A DNA stretch of 64,000 nt from an uncultured Victivallales bacterium. GTDB taxonomy: Bacteria; Verrucomicrobiota; Kiritimatiellia; UBA8416; CAYOBW01. The stretch covers positions 3,303 through 67,302 of the forward strand of contig CAYOBW010000006.1 of NCBI GenBank assembly GCA_964402115.1, read 5' to 3'. The position numbers were made by a program, and so were the translations under genes. Position 1 is the first letter of the stretch. The number at the start of each line of letters is the position of its first letter. Below the pieces are notes generated by a model. The model had not been told where the DNA came from and made no database searches. It saw nothing but the letters and a program-made list of their open reading frames with translations. Below are positions 10,701 through 17,239 of the stretch, one piece after another.

Positions 10701-12541
10701 GTATCGAGCCCTTCATGCGTTCCGTCACCGGCGACCTTGGCCGGATCGAATACGCGGTTACCAACACCCTGGCCGGCATGCAGGGGTTGAAGGATCTGGC
10801 TGACAACATCGCGAATCTCACCAACGCCGTCAACAGCGTGCGGAGCATCACGAACGTGGCGGACATGGTCATCAGTCTCACCAACGCCCTGCGGGGTGTG
10901 GACTGGAGCGACGTGCGGGCTATCCGCGGGGACGTCGAGAAGTTGACCAACACGATCGACACCATCAATGAACTGCCGAACCTGGTCTCGCAACTCGCGC
11001 AGATCACCAACTCCATAGCGCAGCTGCGCGGGGTCACGAATATCAGCAGCCAGTTGACTGAGCTCACGAACCGGCTGTTCGGCGTGCAATGGAACGACAT
11101 TACCCGGTTGCGGCAGGACGTGACCTTCGCCACGAACGCGTTGAAGGGGCTCAGCGGCCTGGATCAGATTTCGACGAAACTGACCGCGGTCACCAACTCG
11201 CTGCGCGATCTCGATTGGGAGGACGTGCTGACCATTCAGAAAGACCTCAAGGGCATGACGAACCTGGTCACGGCCGTCAAGCAGCTGAGCGGCCTGAACG
11301 AGAACGTGTCGAACGTCGTACGTTCCATAGGCAACCTGAGCTCCCTGACGAACTTGCAGGCGAGTGTCGACCAGTTGAACGGCCTGACCAACCGGCTGTC
11401 CGGCATCGATTGGAACGACATCGGACTGCTGCGCAACGACATGATTGCCACGACCAATGCGCTCGGCAGGTTGACGGACCTGAAGGACGTTGCCAGCCAG
11501 ATCGGCAAGGTGACGAACATGATCACGCAGTTGAACTTCCTGACGAACACGCTGGCCAAGGTGGATTGGGGAGACATCGACCGCCTCATGGCGGACGTGA
11601 CCGCGGCCACGAATGCGCTTTACGAAATGCGCGACCTCGCCTCCGTGGGAGACAAGGTGGGTGTTCTGACGAACATCCTGCCGAAGCTCTCGGCCCTGAC
11701 CAATCAGCTGGCCAATGTCAACTGGAACGACATACTGGCCATTCAGACCACCGTCAATCAGATGACGAACACGCTGAAGGGGTTGGGAGCCATGGGAGAC
11801 ATCGCCAAGAGTGTGGACCAACTCACCAACGTGATGCCGCAGTTGACAACCCTTTCTGAGCAGATTGGCAATGTCAATCTGGGTGGTATGGCCGGAGGCG
11901 TGTCCGTGGTGTCCAACCTGCTGAGCGGGTTCAACTGGCGCACGATGATCACCTCGACGGTGGCCAGCTCGAACATGTGGTCCTCGCTGGAGCAGCGCTT
12001 GGGCAGCGCATCGGACAGCGACTCCACGGCGACGTTCTTCGGCCGTCTGGCCCGGGTAGACACGCAGCTCCGCGGGCTGGACGGGAACGTCAGCAGCGCC
12101 CGGCGCAAAGCCCAGACGGCCAGCACAGCTGCCAACGGGGCCAAGAACGGCATTCGGAAGGTCAGGGAGGCTGTGGACAAGGGCGACCTGGAGGGAGCGT
12201 TGAGCACGTTACGGTCCGTGCGGTCGGAACTGGACTCCGCCACAGCCCGGCTGCACGCGATTCCCGACCTTGTGCCGGCCAGGGAGTTGCGGGGTAACAT
12301 CGATGAGATCATCCAGCGCATCGAGGAGATGGCCCTCCAAAGCGGCATCCAGGGCAATATCCTCACGGATCTCAAGTCAGGCATGGCTGGCGGTCCAGGG
12401 GGGAGTGTCGCAAAAGACACCGTCGAGAGCCTCAACAAGAACATGCAAGAGGTCAAGTCCACGCTCGATTTCATGCAGAAAGTCGTGGATGAGATGCAGC
12501 ATGAGCCGCTTGTCGAATCCACCTTGCTGGGCGGTGAATAG
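1754..12541 (+). CDS. giant secreted surface/fibre protein: signal peptide, 4 LamG-like modules, about 11 Ig-like modules, long C-terminal coiled-coil repeat region
   Basis: One uninterrupted 10.8-kb ORF. Start set at MNRQIERQAVRFAVAAAAGLWLAQVRA (signal-peptide-like). Four LamG_3-type end motifs are present (IDEVAIFSRCL, LDELVLYSRAL, LDEVALHTRAL, IDEVAVFNRAL). About 11 modules of roughly 100 aa begin with V-x-x-P-x-x-G-[DE]-x-W ... I-[RK]-W...G (for example VTSPNGSDIWAVSDVTNRIRW, IISPAAGDFWKVGETNTIRW). The last ~830 aa are Leu/Thr/Asn-rich heptad-like repeats. No C-terminal TM segment or sorting signal was seen. Confidence 0.9.
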   Translation: MNRQIERQAVRFAVAAAAGLWLAQVRADITNRWDFGNPADYEVSNPVDIEVANGVAKLKLQADRKIDSEIGTYYTNGTERSQVSIGSDVSIVRALPYNNPAIFTSRVLDHGGGANLWERFQAKCQPKAGLNAGGEIPKNMNGLVCLMHLNNTYLDVVSNSNGVPAATVKFVADARLGSRAADFRVAADTIQTPTYQLLNDGDQFTISFWMKPREQKAQGFVSSYGTWYIGVHNYVGDVRKLSLMVHNTAVASTSIYPLNEWTHVAATWRSSDGLGKIFINGKLDASGIIQKGTRLSQTDYFHISGTRLGYRANATIDEVAIFSRCLTDSEAATLYLMPRSALFQVRSSDSLDTLGSKTFCGPDGTLNSFYTGNYDVLGSLGDFKIWDRYAQYKAYLYGPAYPSADDPFLDAVGLTGNFSTFIDNTEGDFKGGQFTDSVAMNPTGRDSPYLGLAKTPNGGYQRAGQFTSAVIETGKPEVWYKLAWGVQEEVDASLDGNIVGCYHMNGGFADASPKGNNGAGSGVDYTANAKLGSRSAVFNGTSSYADIGGTIVSGSVKSVEFWIKDEYLDDGILQLCNDTTNHIYLAIEGGMIVAKGVPNREYTAYVNGSATSRRLLAGWNHVAVVSSVAMPSRKPVIGRANGDYLDGMLDELVLYSRALDAAEVNAHYMAQMRQVAGRARLQVRSGDALPLTGAFIGPDGSALSYFDVAQHSGAIMHGSIFNKSYLQYRVILDGDGDATPVVRFVRVDNVTGQVIFKHQSHVDFDTGDFDGGKLKWVGDEIKLQNVSLMPGLVNLKSPTAGLAGLWHLDEAEWLPGATVKDSASGNDGSPQNGTAPSMFAKVGTYCGKFDGADDYIIVPGTQLDGDFTVSAWFKSASSMRAGLVCRTDTRYTLELNSDGLGGALAGAVAFTVYNGSTRRVAVSSVRNMNDGNWHHVAAVRNGDAIYLYVDGTPCASTALATGFGSLIMGDTWLGAAPGTTVGYLNGYLDEVALHTRALSDADIDGLMAVGDNQATVATYLGRTLDAGQPAIWEAIDWREGSPYGDALNASQSDVVGLWHMDETSGTRVDDATAGLNHGTINGVVGRTTGRFGRGLNFDGGGGYVGVPANVLLEPNTVTVKAWFKPAAVNSRTLVDKRSGGRGYALATDADGKPYFWLAGTTCKAPGGLQRGFWYDIVGTYDGSKVRLFVNGFPVATQPLSGGNTSGGGLRIGLANDGTGAAAGVIDEVAVFNRALGAEDVMDQAKAGFADLRFQVRVANDTNTLLRTPFYGPNTNSASYFTLTSESMVGRIPLGRYFQYKAYLSTTSARTDLRLQGLVVNQSHYPTQYPWVMPAAGKGMPFVGRVLKFSHVMATNTDASVRYQLSGDDGANWYWWNGMQWAGVPVSSNLWPYANTWDVVNTHIGSVYDELYPKVGGTFRFKAFLSSPGDLQVAINEVKAVKAEGAVIVVAPNGKETGDKAWVVGVPYDIRWLTSGRVSKNLAIDLYRKSGAEFVKRLASGVSVGATNFYRTVISDDARADYRIRLRDLNDVAVDDWSDGDFQLVHNLHLSAPDGGEHWYLNTNNIVRWESPGPAVSALGPNVLLWFSADAGATWVQVASVTTNMIGYNAFNWQASLQDARLVSETAKMAVSTPTTDPLDPLTYRVDYSDTTFTNAGIVVTYPSTGDGVKMGNTITIRWKAAGAGTAGANIDFFNGQSWTNVAQNVLCLPGTNSYTTQLTAKNPTQSAKVRVTAVSDPRVTGTSLEFTLADINVVAPLGGTVARDRWQIGSDKVIKWTAGGAGGKVNVEYAADPAHTNWQPIVMDYTNVNSSGTGIYTNSAPPWRLLGPPTSNAVVRVKSVSQEDLYDITEPFDISGVQVTQPNGGEIWEFTATNTLMWLHQAAGSAVGLSIAYENNPASNEFETIASQYFIFGGRFTLLPSNVRRPSNFAWIKITALDPPDAEILPMFDVSDKRFAIHGMSMVYPTNRAVYTMGTIVTDGLQWYSAGADDSSADVYYAPDGVRFDPAPLSTVLNSDDGPGAGLNKQNFTVPRSLVPSTRARMKVAAGPYQSISPEFTLRGVRFTRPARGEMFDIGARNVVVQWVAAGISPSAYASNSLSVAGQKGPFLSAGLPSNAFVPGFAMFWDIDKNLDPSTNAVIRMTVTTPAVDTDVVMYSDPFTLRGLKVKSPATGDVWPLGTTRDIKFLAAGMGSGARANLYYAADGRTFDRVKPIALNLSVGTGTNTYSWLIESSADLTRLPSTNATVMVVSGAYTNVSTRFTVKGIKVTSPNGSDIWAVSDVTNRIRWTSIGTADSYTIAFHKWNDTNIVESTTLATGVRGNFYDWLMPASSVGKPVSITVTGSGFTGNSERFEIVPQPSIRIISPAAGDFWKVGETNTIRWSKGGQMDNAFVVRYATDPFAVTNELIRGACDFADGVYSLNWVVPFQLGRTRLIITNQTEALVKDTFEGFDIAAKFDIQPFTKDIYALETVGVEWITRGDVQAVDLYYSTDFDRSPASWVKINTEGPYSENVGHNRPATPYPWTAANAKSDSVWLRIQDHDYPTQRFNASLKGPFDDYGPFQIHYYNVTWWVFDDFERALHGTSNHLGQLSVTDNSGWSASGLNSPVTHEYPYGRWNTVWYREFFSDKVVFNWASDHNMTNIVFLERSKASPDYRVLSAFTFEPVTTNFTVQSWIERGGTILGTPETCKVEIYDSAGKKIESMESNTPVNGVFWQRWDVAATGQREGKVFDEKDVFFARVEIRFSGVWYSSGVTFTLRVSASKATMAKLESSTDRLLEQLGAVGTNLNDAIVGIRGVRSAVEGGMSNLSTQIRSVQSGLSNSVLPALSALTNDVTGVIKPAITNMQAKLTNMEETVEGNLARILTRPVTVVKDKPITILYKSRRNYTASEVRIAVEPVGYSGQMTEVVGGMGIYEHELPMNWNVGTYTIACTDPRATDRLIIEVVDQASLTTVPSMLVALSNRMDAVFMHLTNITAMVDSVGSIEPFMRSVTGDLGRIEYAVTNTLAGMQGLKDLADNIANLTNAVNSVRSITNVADMVISLTNALRGVDWSDVRAIRGDVEKLTNTIDTINELPNLVSQLAQITNSIAQLRGVTNISSQLTELTNRLFGVQWNDITRLRQDVTFATNALKGLSGLDQISTKLTAVTNSLRDLDWEDVLTIQKDLKGMTNLVTAVKQLSGLNENVSNVVRSIGNLSSLTNLQASVDQLNGLTNRLSGIDWNDIGLLRNDMIATTNALGRLTDLKDVASQIGKVTNMITQLNFLTNTLAKVDWGDIDRLMADVTAATNALYEMRDLASVGDKVGVLTNILPKLSALTNQLANVNWNDILAIQTTVNQMTNTLKGLGAMGDIAKSVDQLTNVMPQLTTLSEQIGNVNLGGMAGGVSVVSNLLSGFNWRTMITSTVASSNMWSSLEQRLGSASDSDSTATFFGRLARVDTQLRGLDGNVSSARRKAQTASTAANGAKNGIRKVREAVDKGDLEGALSTLRSVRSELDSATARLHAIPDLVPARELRGNIDEIIQRIEEMALQSGIQGNILTDLKSGMAGGPGGSVAKDTVESLNKNMQEVKSTLDFMQKVVDEMQHEPLVESTLLGGE
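10664..11950 (+). repeat. in-frame tandem protein repeats inside the giant gene (periodic [LVIAM]-T-N and W-x-D units)
   Basis: More than 20 xTN tripeptides spaced about 12-22 residues apart (HLTNI, NLTNA, SLTNA, KLTNT, ELTNR, GLTNR, FLTNT, ALTNQ, QLTNV and others). Seven W-containing units are present (VDWSDV, VQWNDI, LDWEDV, IDWNDI, VDWGDI, VNWNDI, FNWRTM). Confidence 0.8.
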
Positions 12542-12639
12542 CGGCCCTTGTCACTTGCGCAGACCTTGTGCTTGCGTCTGAGTTAGCGGTTTTTCGGTTT
12601 GCCAGACACAGGGGTTGCTGATAACGTTCGAGCATTGTC

Positions 12640-13962
12640 ATGCATAAGACGCCAGTCAGGTTTACCGTGGCGGTCAAGGGCGCCGTTTTCGTTCTTGCCT
12701 TTGGCCTGTTCGGCTCGACGCTTCGGGCTGCCGACACGATTGTGCTGCAGATTCGAGCGGGCAACCCCCAAACCAACACGCAGCCTGTCCTGATAAAAGC
12801 CAATCTGCCGCAACGGATTACAACAAACGATATCGTCAGCCTGGGCGGGTTGGAGTTGGGGTACGACGTCAAGAGCAGTACCTATTACGTGCACAAGCAA
12901 GTGGATTTGGCGCCTAGGGAGATACAGGTCTACCGTGTCGAGATCAAGGACATCTGGGAGATTCCCGAGGCGACGCTCGCGGACATGCTGAAGCACAGTG
13001 ACGCCCTCGTCGCCAAGCTGAAGGGCACGGAGTACCTGCCCTCAGCCGAGGGGTTGCGCAAGCAAATCAGCGACGTGATCTTGGGCATCCGGACGCTGCA
13101 AGGGGGTACAGCTGTACGCTCCGGCGATGAGGCGATTCAGCACGTTCGCGCGTTTGAGGCCAACCTGCGCGACTTGGACTTGGTCAGGAAGTTCGTGGGT
13201 CGCTTGGAGAACCTCGTGCTGGGAAGCGGTCAGGATGTGGACAAGCTGATTGGCGGGTACAGCACGACCGAACCGCCACGGCGGCGCGATGCCCCTCGGC
13301 CTGACGACGACCGCTACCAGACGGCGTTGGTGCGAATTACGGTACAGAACACGTCGCCGACCCTGCCGCGCAAGATTCCCGTCAAGCGGGACCTGCCGCC
13401 CGAAATTCATCCAGAAGACGTGCTAGACCCCGGCGACCTGGAAGTAGTGTCTGACATAAAAAGCGGTCAGTGCTATGTTTACAAGGAAAACGTTGAGATT
13501 CCTCCCGGTGCTTCGGTAACGTTCGAGGTCAAGATCCGTGACAAGTGGAACATCAACAAGCCGCGCTTCAAAGTCCTGCGCGAGGCTGGTCAGGACTTGC
13601 TCAAACTCGTGGCGGCCGAGGGCACGTACAAGGTCGTGGCGCAAACTCTGGAGGGACTGCTTAAGGAGTTGGGCGAGGTCGAGAAGACCCCCTCGCCGGA
13701 GACTCTGGATGATCGTTATGTGGCCTTCTTTCGGCAGCAATCCGAGCGCTTGGATCTCATCGAGCAGAAGCTGAACCGGGTCGAAACCGCGCTCAGGCCG
13801 ATGAAGCCAAAGAAGTACGGATTCGTGATCCAGCCGCCCAGCATGAGGACAACTTGGCTGATCATCTACGTCATTCTGATATTCCTGGCGGTTACCAGCC
13901 TGCTGTTCTTCCTGCGGTGGTACGGGCGCGCCAAGTCTGAGCGATTCGATGCGGAGCAGTAG
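12640..13962 (+). CDS. membrane-anchored exported protein of unknown function with an internal duplication
   Basis: N-terminal signal-like segment (AVFVLAFGLFGSTLRAAD) and a C-terminal TM segment (TWLIIYVILIFLAVTSLLFFL) with a short basic tail. Residues ~33-135 and ~228-335 align to each other (..LP..I...D....LE...D.KS..YV.K.....P......VEI.D.W.I..). No family was recognised. Confidence 0.75.
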   Translation: MHKTPVRFTVAVKGAVFVLAFGLFGSTLRAADTIVLQIRAGNPQTNTQPVLIKANLPQRITTNDIVSLGGLELGYDVKSSTYYVHKQVDLAPREIQVYRVEIKDIWEIPEATLADMLKHSDALVAKLKGTEYLPSAEGLRKQISDVILGIRTLQGGTAVRSGDEAIQHVRAFEANLRDLDLVRKFVGRLENLVLGSGQDVDKLIGGYSTTEPPRRRDAPRPDDDRYQTALVRITVQNTSPTLPRKIPVKRDLPPEIHPEDVLDPGDLEVVSDIKSGQCYVYKENVEIPPGASVTFEVKIRDKWNINKPRFKVLREAGQDLLKLVAAEGTYKVVAQTLEGLLKELGEVEKTPSPETLDDRYVAFFRQQSERLDLIEQKLNRVETALRPMKPKKYGFVIQPPSMRTTWLIIYVILIFLAVTSLLFFLRWYGRAKSERFDAEQ

Positions 13963-14046
13963 TCCGGCGCAGACGGGTGCATCTTAAGCAAGCAGGGACA
14001 GCACTGATGCAAATGGGTGGCAAAGCATGGCCGGGGGGAGCATTCG

Positions 14047-15510
14047 ATGGCACTGAAGGTTGACCTGCTGAAACTGAAGGAATCTGGCACCGTTGCGGAA
14101 GTGCGTCAGGACGTGGTCAGCGTAACCGGTTTACAGAACTGCATGAACGGCCAATTGGTTCGGCTGGGCAAGTCCTCTCAGGGTGTGATCGTCGGCTTCG
14201 ATCCCGGCTACGTGCTGGTTCTGCAGGTCAAACATGGCGAGCCCATCAAGCCTGGCGACCGGGTGGAAACCACGATCGACCAATTCAAGGTTCCTGTCGG
14301 CGAGCGTTTCATCGGGCGTCGGCTCAACGCGCTGGCCGAACCGTTCGACGGGTTGGGACCCATTCGTGAAAGCGCGGAGTATCCGATTTTCGGGCAGGCG
14401 CCCTCCGTGTTGGAGCGGGTGCCGCTGGCGGACGTCCTGCAGACAGGCACGAAGATCGTGGACATGACGCTGCCGATCGGCAAAGGGCAGCGCATGCTGA
14501 TCATCGGTGACCGGATGACAGGCAAGACCACGCTGGGCATCGATGCGATCATCAACCAGCGCGGCAAGAACGTCATCTGCATCTACTGTTGCATCGGGAA
14601 GTCGGAAGTCTCGATCAGTCGCGTGGCGGAGCTGTTCGATCGGGAGCACGTCTGGGACTACGGCATGATCGTGGCTGCCACGGCCTCGGACCCTATGGGG
14701 CAGCAGTATCTGTGCCCGTACATCGCCACCAGCCTGGGCGAGTACTTCATGTACGACAAACATGCGGATGTGCTGGTGGTGTTCGACGACTTCACCAAGC
14801 ACGCCTGGGCGTATCGGCAGATTTCGCTGCTGTTGGAGCGGGCGCCCGGACGGGACGCCTATCCCGGTGACATTTTCTACATCCACTCGCAGCTCGTCGA
14901 GCGGGCCGGGAAGCTGCGCCCGGAGCGGGGCGGCGGGTCGATGACGCATATGCCGATCGTCGAAACGCTGCAGGGCGACGTAGCCGGTTACATCCCCTCG
15001 AACATCATTTCGATGACGGATGGGCAGATCTACTTCAACGCCTCCCTTTTTGGCGAAGGGTTCAAGCCCGCCATCGATATGGGGCTGTCCGTTTCCCGTA
15101 TCGGCAGCAAGGTCCAGTGGCCCGCCATGAAGGGGCCGACGGGGATGCTGAAGCTGGACTTCGTGCGCTACAAGGAACTGGAGCGGTTGACGCGTATCAA
15201 GGCGGGCGTTTCGACGGAGGTGGAAGCGCGCCTGCGCAAAGGCAAAGTTTTGGAGGAAGTGCTCAAGCAGGACCAGAACTTGCCCGTTCCGATGGAAGAT
15301 CAGGTCATCAGCCTTTTCGCACTGCAGCACGGCAACCTGGGCGAGTGCGAACCGGTGGACGTGCGCCCCCGCCTGGATCGCATTCTCAAGTTCATCAGGT
15401 CCAAAGCGCCGGAGTTGGTCCAGGAGTTAGTGGACAGCCGAACCATGACGGACAAGATCAAGGAGGGCCTGCATGAGCAGCTCGCCCGGTTCGCCAATAC
15501 CGCTGTTTAA
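14047..15510 (+). CDS. atpA: F-type ATPase alpha-subunit-like protein, paralog 1
   Basis: Walker A GDRMTGKT, PGRDAYPGDIFYIHSQLVERA, ITDGQI-type MTDGQIYF, and LSVSRIG with the conserved Arg. It has IGKS where catalytic beta has GER, so it is non-catalytic alpha type. Start placed at MALKV (the ORF opens at 14017). Confidence 0.9.
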   Translation: MALKVDLLKLKESGTVAEVRQDVVSVTGLQNCMNGQLVRLGKSSQGVIVGFDPGYVLVLQVKHGEPIKPGDRVETTIDQFKVPVGERFIGRRLNALAEPFDGLGPIRESAEYPIFGQAPSVLERVPLADVLQTGTKIVDMTLPIGKGQRMLIIGDRMTGKTTLGIDAIINQRGKNVICIYCCIGKSEVSISRVAELFDREHVWDYGMIVAATASDPMGQQYLCPYIATSLGEYFMYDKHADVLVVFDDFTKHAWAYRQISLLLERAPGRDAYPGDIFYIHSQLVERAGKLRPERGGGSMTHMPIVETLQGDVAGYIPSNIISMTDGQIYFNASLFGEGFKPAIDMGLSVSRIGSKVQWPAMKGPTGMLKLDFVRYKELERLTRIKAGVSTEVEARLRKGKVLEEVLKQDQNLPVPMEDQVISLFALQHGNLGECEPVDVRPRLDRILKFIRSKAPELVQELVDSRTMTDKIKEGLHEQLARFANTAV

Positions 15511-16978
15511 GATCAAGTACGAAGAACGCGGCACGATCAAGGACATCAAGGAGATCATCGTTCGGATCGACGGGTTGCCCGGATGTCTGAACGGTGAGAT
15601 TGTGGACTTGGGCGATGGGGTTCGCGGGATCGTGATGGGATTCACGGCCACCGACGTGCTGGCGCTCGTGCTGGGCGACCCAGCGCGTCTGCGGATGGGG
15701 CGCGGGGTCAAGGGGTCTGGCGAGCCGTTTCAGATTCCGGTCGGCCATGCTTTCCTCGGGCGCATGGTGTCGGCCATGGGTGAGCCGTGCGATCAGGGCC
15801 GCCCCATCGAGCCCTCCGCGCATCTGCCCGTCTTTCGCGATTCCCCGCCGATCACGGCGCGCGCGCCGCTGGAGTCATTCCTGTGCTCCGGCACGAAAGT
15901 GATCGACATGCTCATACCGCTGGCCAAGGGGCAGCGGGAACTCATCCTGGGAGACAGGATTACCGGCAAGACCGCGATTGCGCTGGACGCCGTTCTCAGC
16001 CAGAAGGGGCGGCAGTGCATCTGCATCTACTGCTGCATCGGGAAATCCATTTCCAGCGTTGGCAAGCTCATGTCCGTCCTGCACAGTAACGGGGCGCTGG
16101 AGTACTCCGTGGTCATGATTGCGGCCGACAATGCGCCCGTCGGCGAGCAGTACCTGGCCCCTTTCGCGGCTGCTTCCATGGGGGAGTTCTTCGCCAGCAA
16201 AGGGCGCGATGTGTTGATCGTGTTCGATGATCTTACGAAACATGCCTGGGCCTACCGGCAGCTGTCGTTGCTGCTTGAGCGTCCGCCGGGGCGGGAAGCC
16301 TACCCGGGCGACATCTTTTACGTGCAGACACAGCTCATGGAGCGGGCTGGCCGTTTCGGGGACCGCCACGGCGGGGGCTCGATCTCCTACCTTGCCATCG
16401 CCGAGACCCTGCAGGGGGATCTGACCGGCTATATCCCGTCGAATCTGGCGTCCATGTGCGATGGACAGATCGTGCTGAGCAGTTCCATCTTCTCCGAGGG
16501 GTTTCGTCCGGCGATTGACATCGGCCTCTCCCTGTCGATCGTGGGCGGCAAGGCGCAGCCCCCACTGCTGCGCGCGCTCACGGGTAACATGCGGGCCGAC
16601 TTCGCCCGTTACGAAGAGGTTCAGAATCTGCGCAAGTTGTCGTCCGGGTTGTCGGGGGAGGCTGAACGCGTTATCCGGCACGGCGAGGCCATCCAGACGG
16701 TTCTGCAGCAGGGGCAGAATCGGCCAGTGTCTCTTGCGGAAGAAGTGGTCTTGCTGTATGCTCTCGAAACGGGCGTGATTGTCGGGCTTTCGCCGCATAT
16801 GCGCAAGCGCTTCTGCGATGACATTTTCGCCTTTGTGTTGCGCAAGAACGGTGAACTGGCGCTGCAGTTGGAGAGGGCGACGGCTTTAACCGACGACCAG
16901 CGCCGGGTGCTTGACGAGCTGATGAGAAAGTGCCTGTCAGGGCTGGGATCTGAGATGCAAGGCGCGGAGCACGCTTGA
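15473..16978 (+). CDS. F-type ATPase alpha-subunit-like protein, paralog 2 (Arg-finger position is Ile)
   Basis: Walker A GDRITGKT and PGREAYPGDIFYVQTQLMERA, collinear with paralog 1. It reads LSLSIVGG where alpha subunits have SVSRVG. It overlaps the end of paralog 1 by 38 nt. Confidence 0.9.
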   Translation: MSSSPGSPIPLFKIKYEERGTIKDIKEIIVRIDGLPGCLNGEIVDLGDGVRGIVMGFTATDVLALVLGDPARLRMGRGVKGSGEPFQIPVGHAFLGRMVSAMGEPCDQGRPIEPSAHLPVFRDSPPITARAPLESFLCSGTKVIDMLIPLAKGQRELILGDRITGKTAIALDAVLSQKGRQCICIYCCIGKSISSVGKLMSVLHSNGALEYSVVMIAADNAPVGEQYLAPFAAASMGEFFASKGRDVLIVFDDLTKHAWAYRQLSLLLERPPGREAYPGDIFYVQTQLMERAGRFGDRHGGGSISYLAIAETLQGDLTGYIPSNLASMCDGQIVLSSSIFSEGFRPAIDIGLSLSIVGGKAQPPLLRALTGNMRADFARYEEVQNLRKLSSGLSGEAERVIRHGEAIQTVLQQGQNRPVSLAEEVVLLYALETGVIVGLSPHMRKRFCDDIFAFVLRKNGELALQLERATALTDDQRRVLDELMRKCLSGLGSEMQGAEHA

Positions 16979-17223
16979 AAGTAACCATACTCAGTCCGCG
17001 GAAAGTCATCTTTGAAGGAGAGGCCAAAAGCGTTTTCGTTCCGGGGGACGAGGCTGAATTCGAGTTGCTGGACTACCACGCGCCCATTCTGAGCCTCCTG
17101 GTGCCGGGCATGATAACGCTGGACTGGGAACGACAGATTCCCGTCGAAAGAGGGATCGTCAAGTGCGAGAACAACGAGTGCGTGATTCTGGTGGAGGAAT
17201 CATTACCGCACCGGGAGCGTTAG
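16975..17223 (+). CDS. atpC: F-type ATPase epsilon subunit, beta-sandwich domain only (82 aa)
   Basis: VTILSPRKVIFEGEAKSVFVPGDEAEFELLDYHAPILSLLVPGMITL matches the epsilon N-terminal domain pattern (..G..GILPGHAPL...L.PG). The TTG start overlaps the alpha' TGA stop (TTGA). There is no C-terminal helical hairpin. Confidence 0.75.
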   Translation: MKVTILSPRKVIFEGEAKSVFVPGDEAEFELLDYHAPILSLLVPGMITLDWERQIPVERGIVKCENNECVILVEESLPHRER

Positions 17224-17239
17224 TGGGCCCCGGCGGGGA

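Noticed and set aside
10664-11950. Periodic repeats considered as a possible CRISPR array or other non-coding repeat array
   Set aside because: The repeats are in frame within one continuous ORF, degenerate at the DNA level, and translate to a coherent coiled-coil motif. There is no direct-repeat and spacer structure, and no cas genes are in the window.
12640-13962. The 440-aa membrane protein, and the antisense ORF at 17439-18197, considered as a cryptic F-ATPase subunit a
   Set aside because: Subunit a is polytopic, with 5-6 TM helices and a conserved Arg in the penultimate helix. The 440-aa protein has only a signal peptide and one C-terminal TM segment. The antisense ORF is hydrophilic and Arg-rich.
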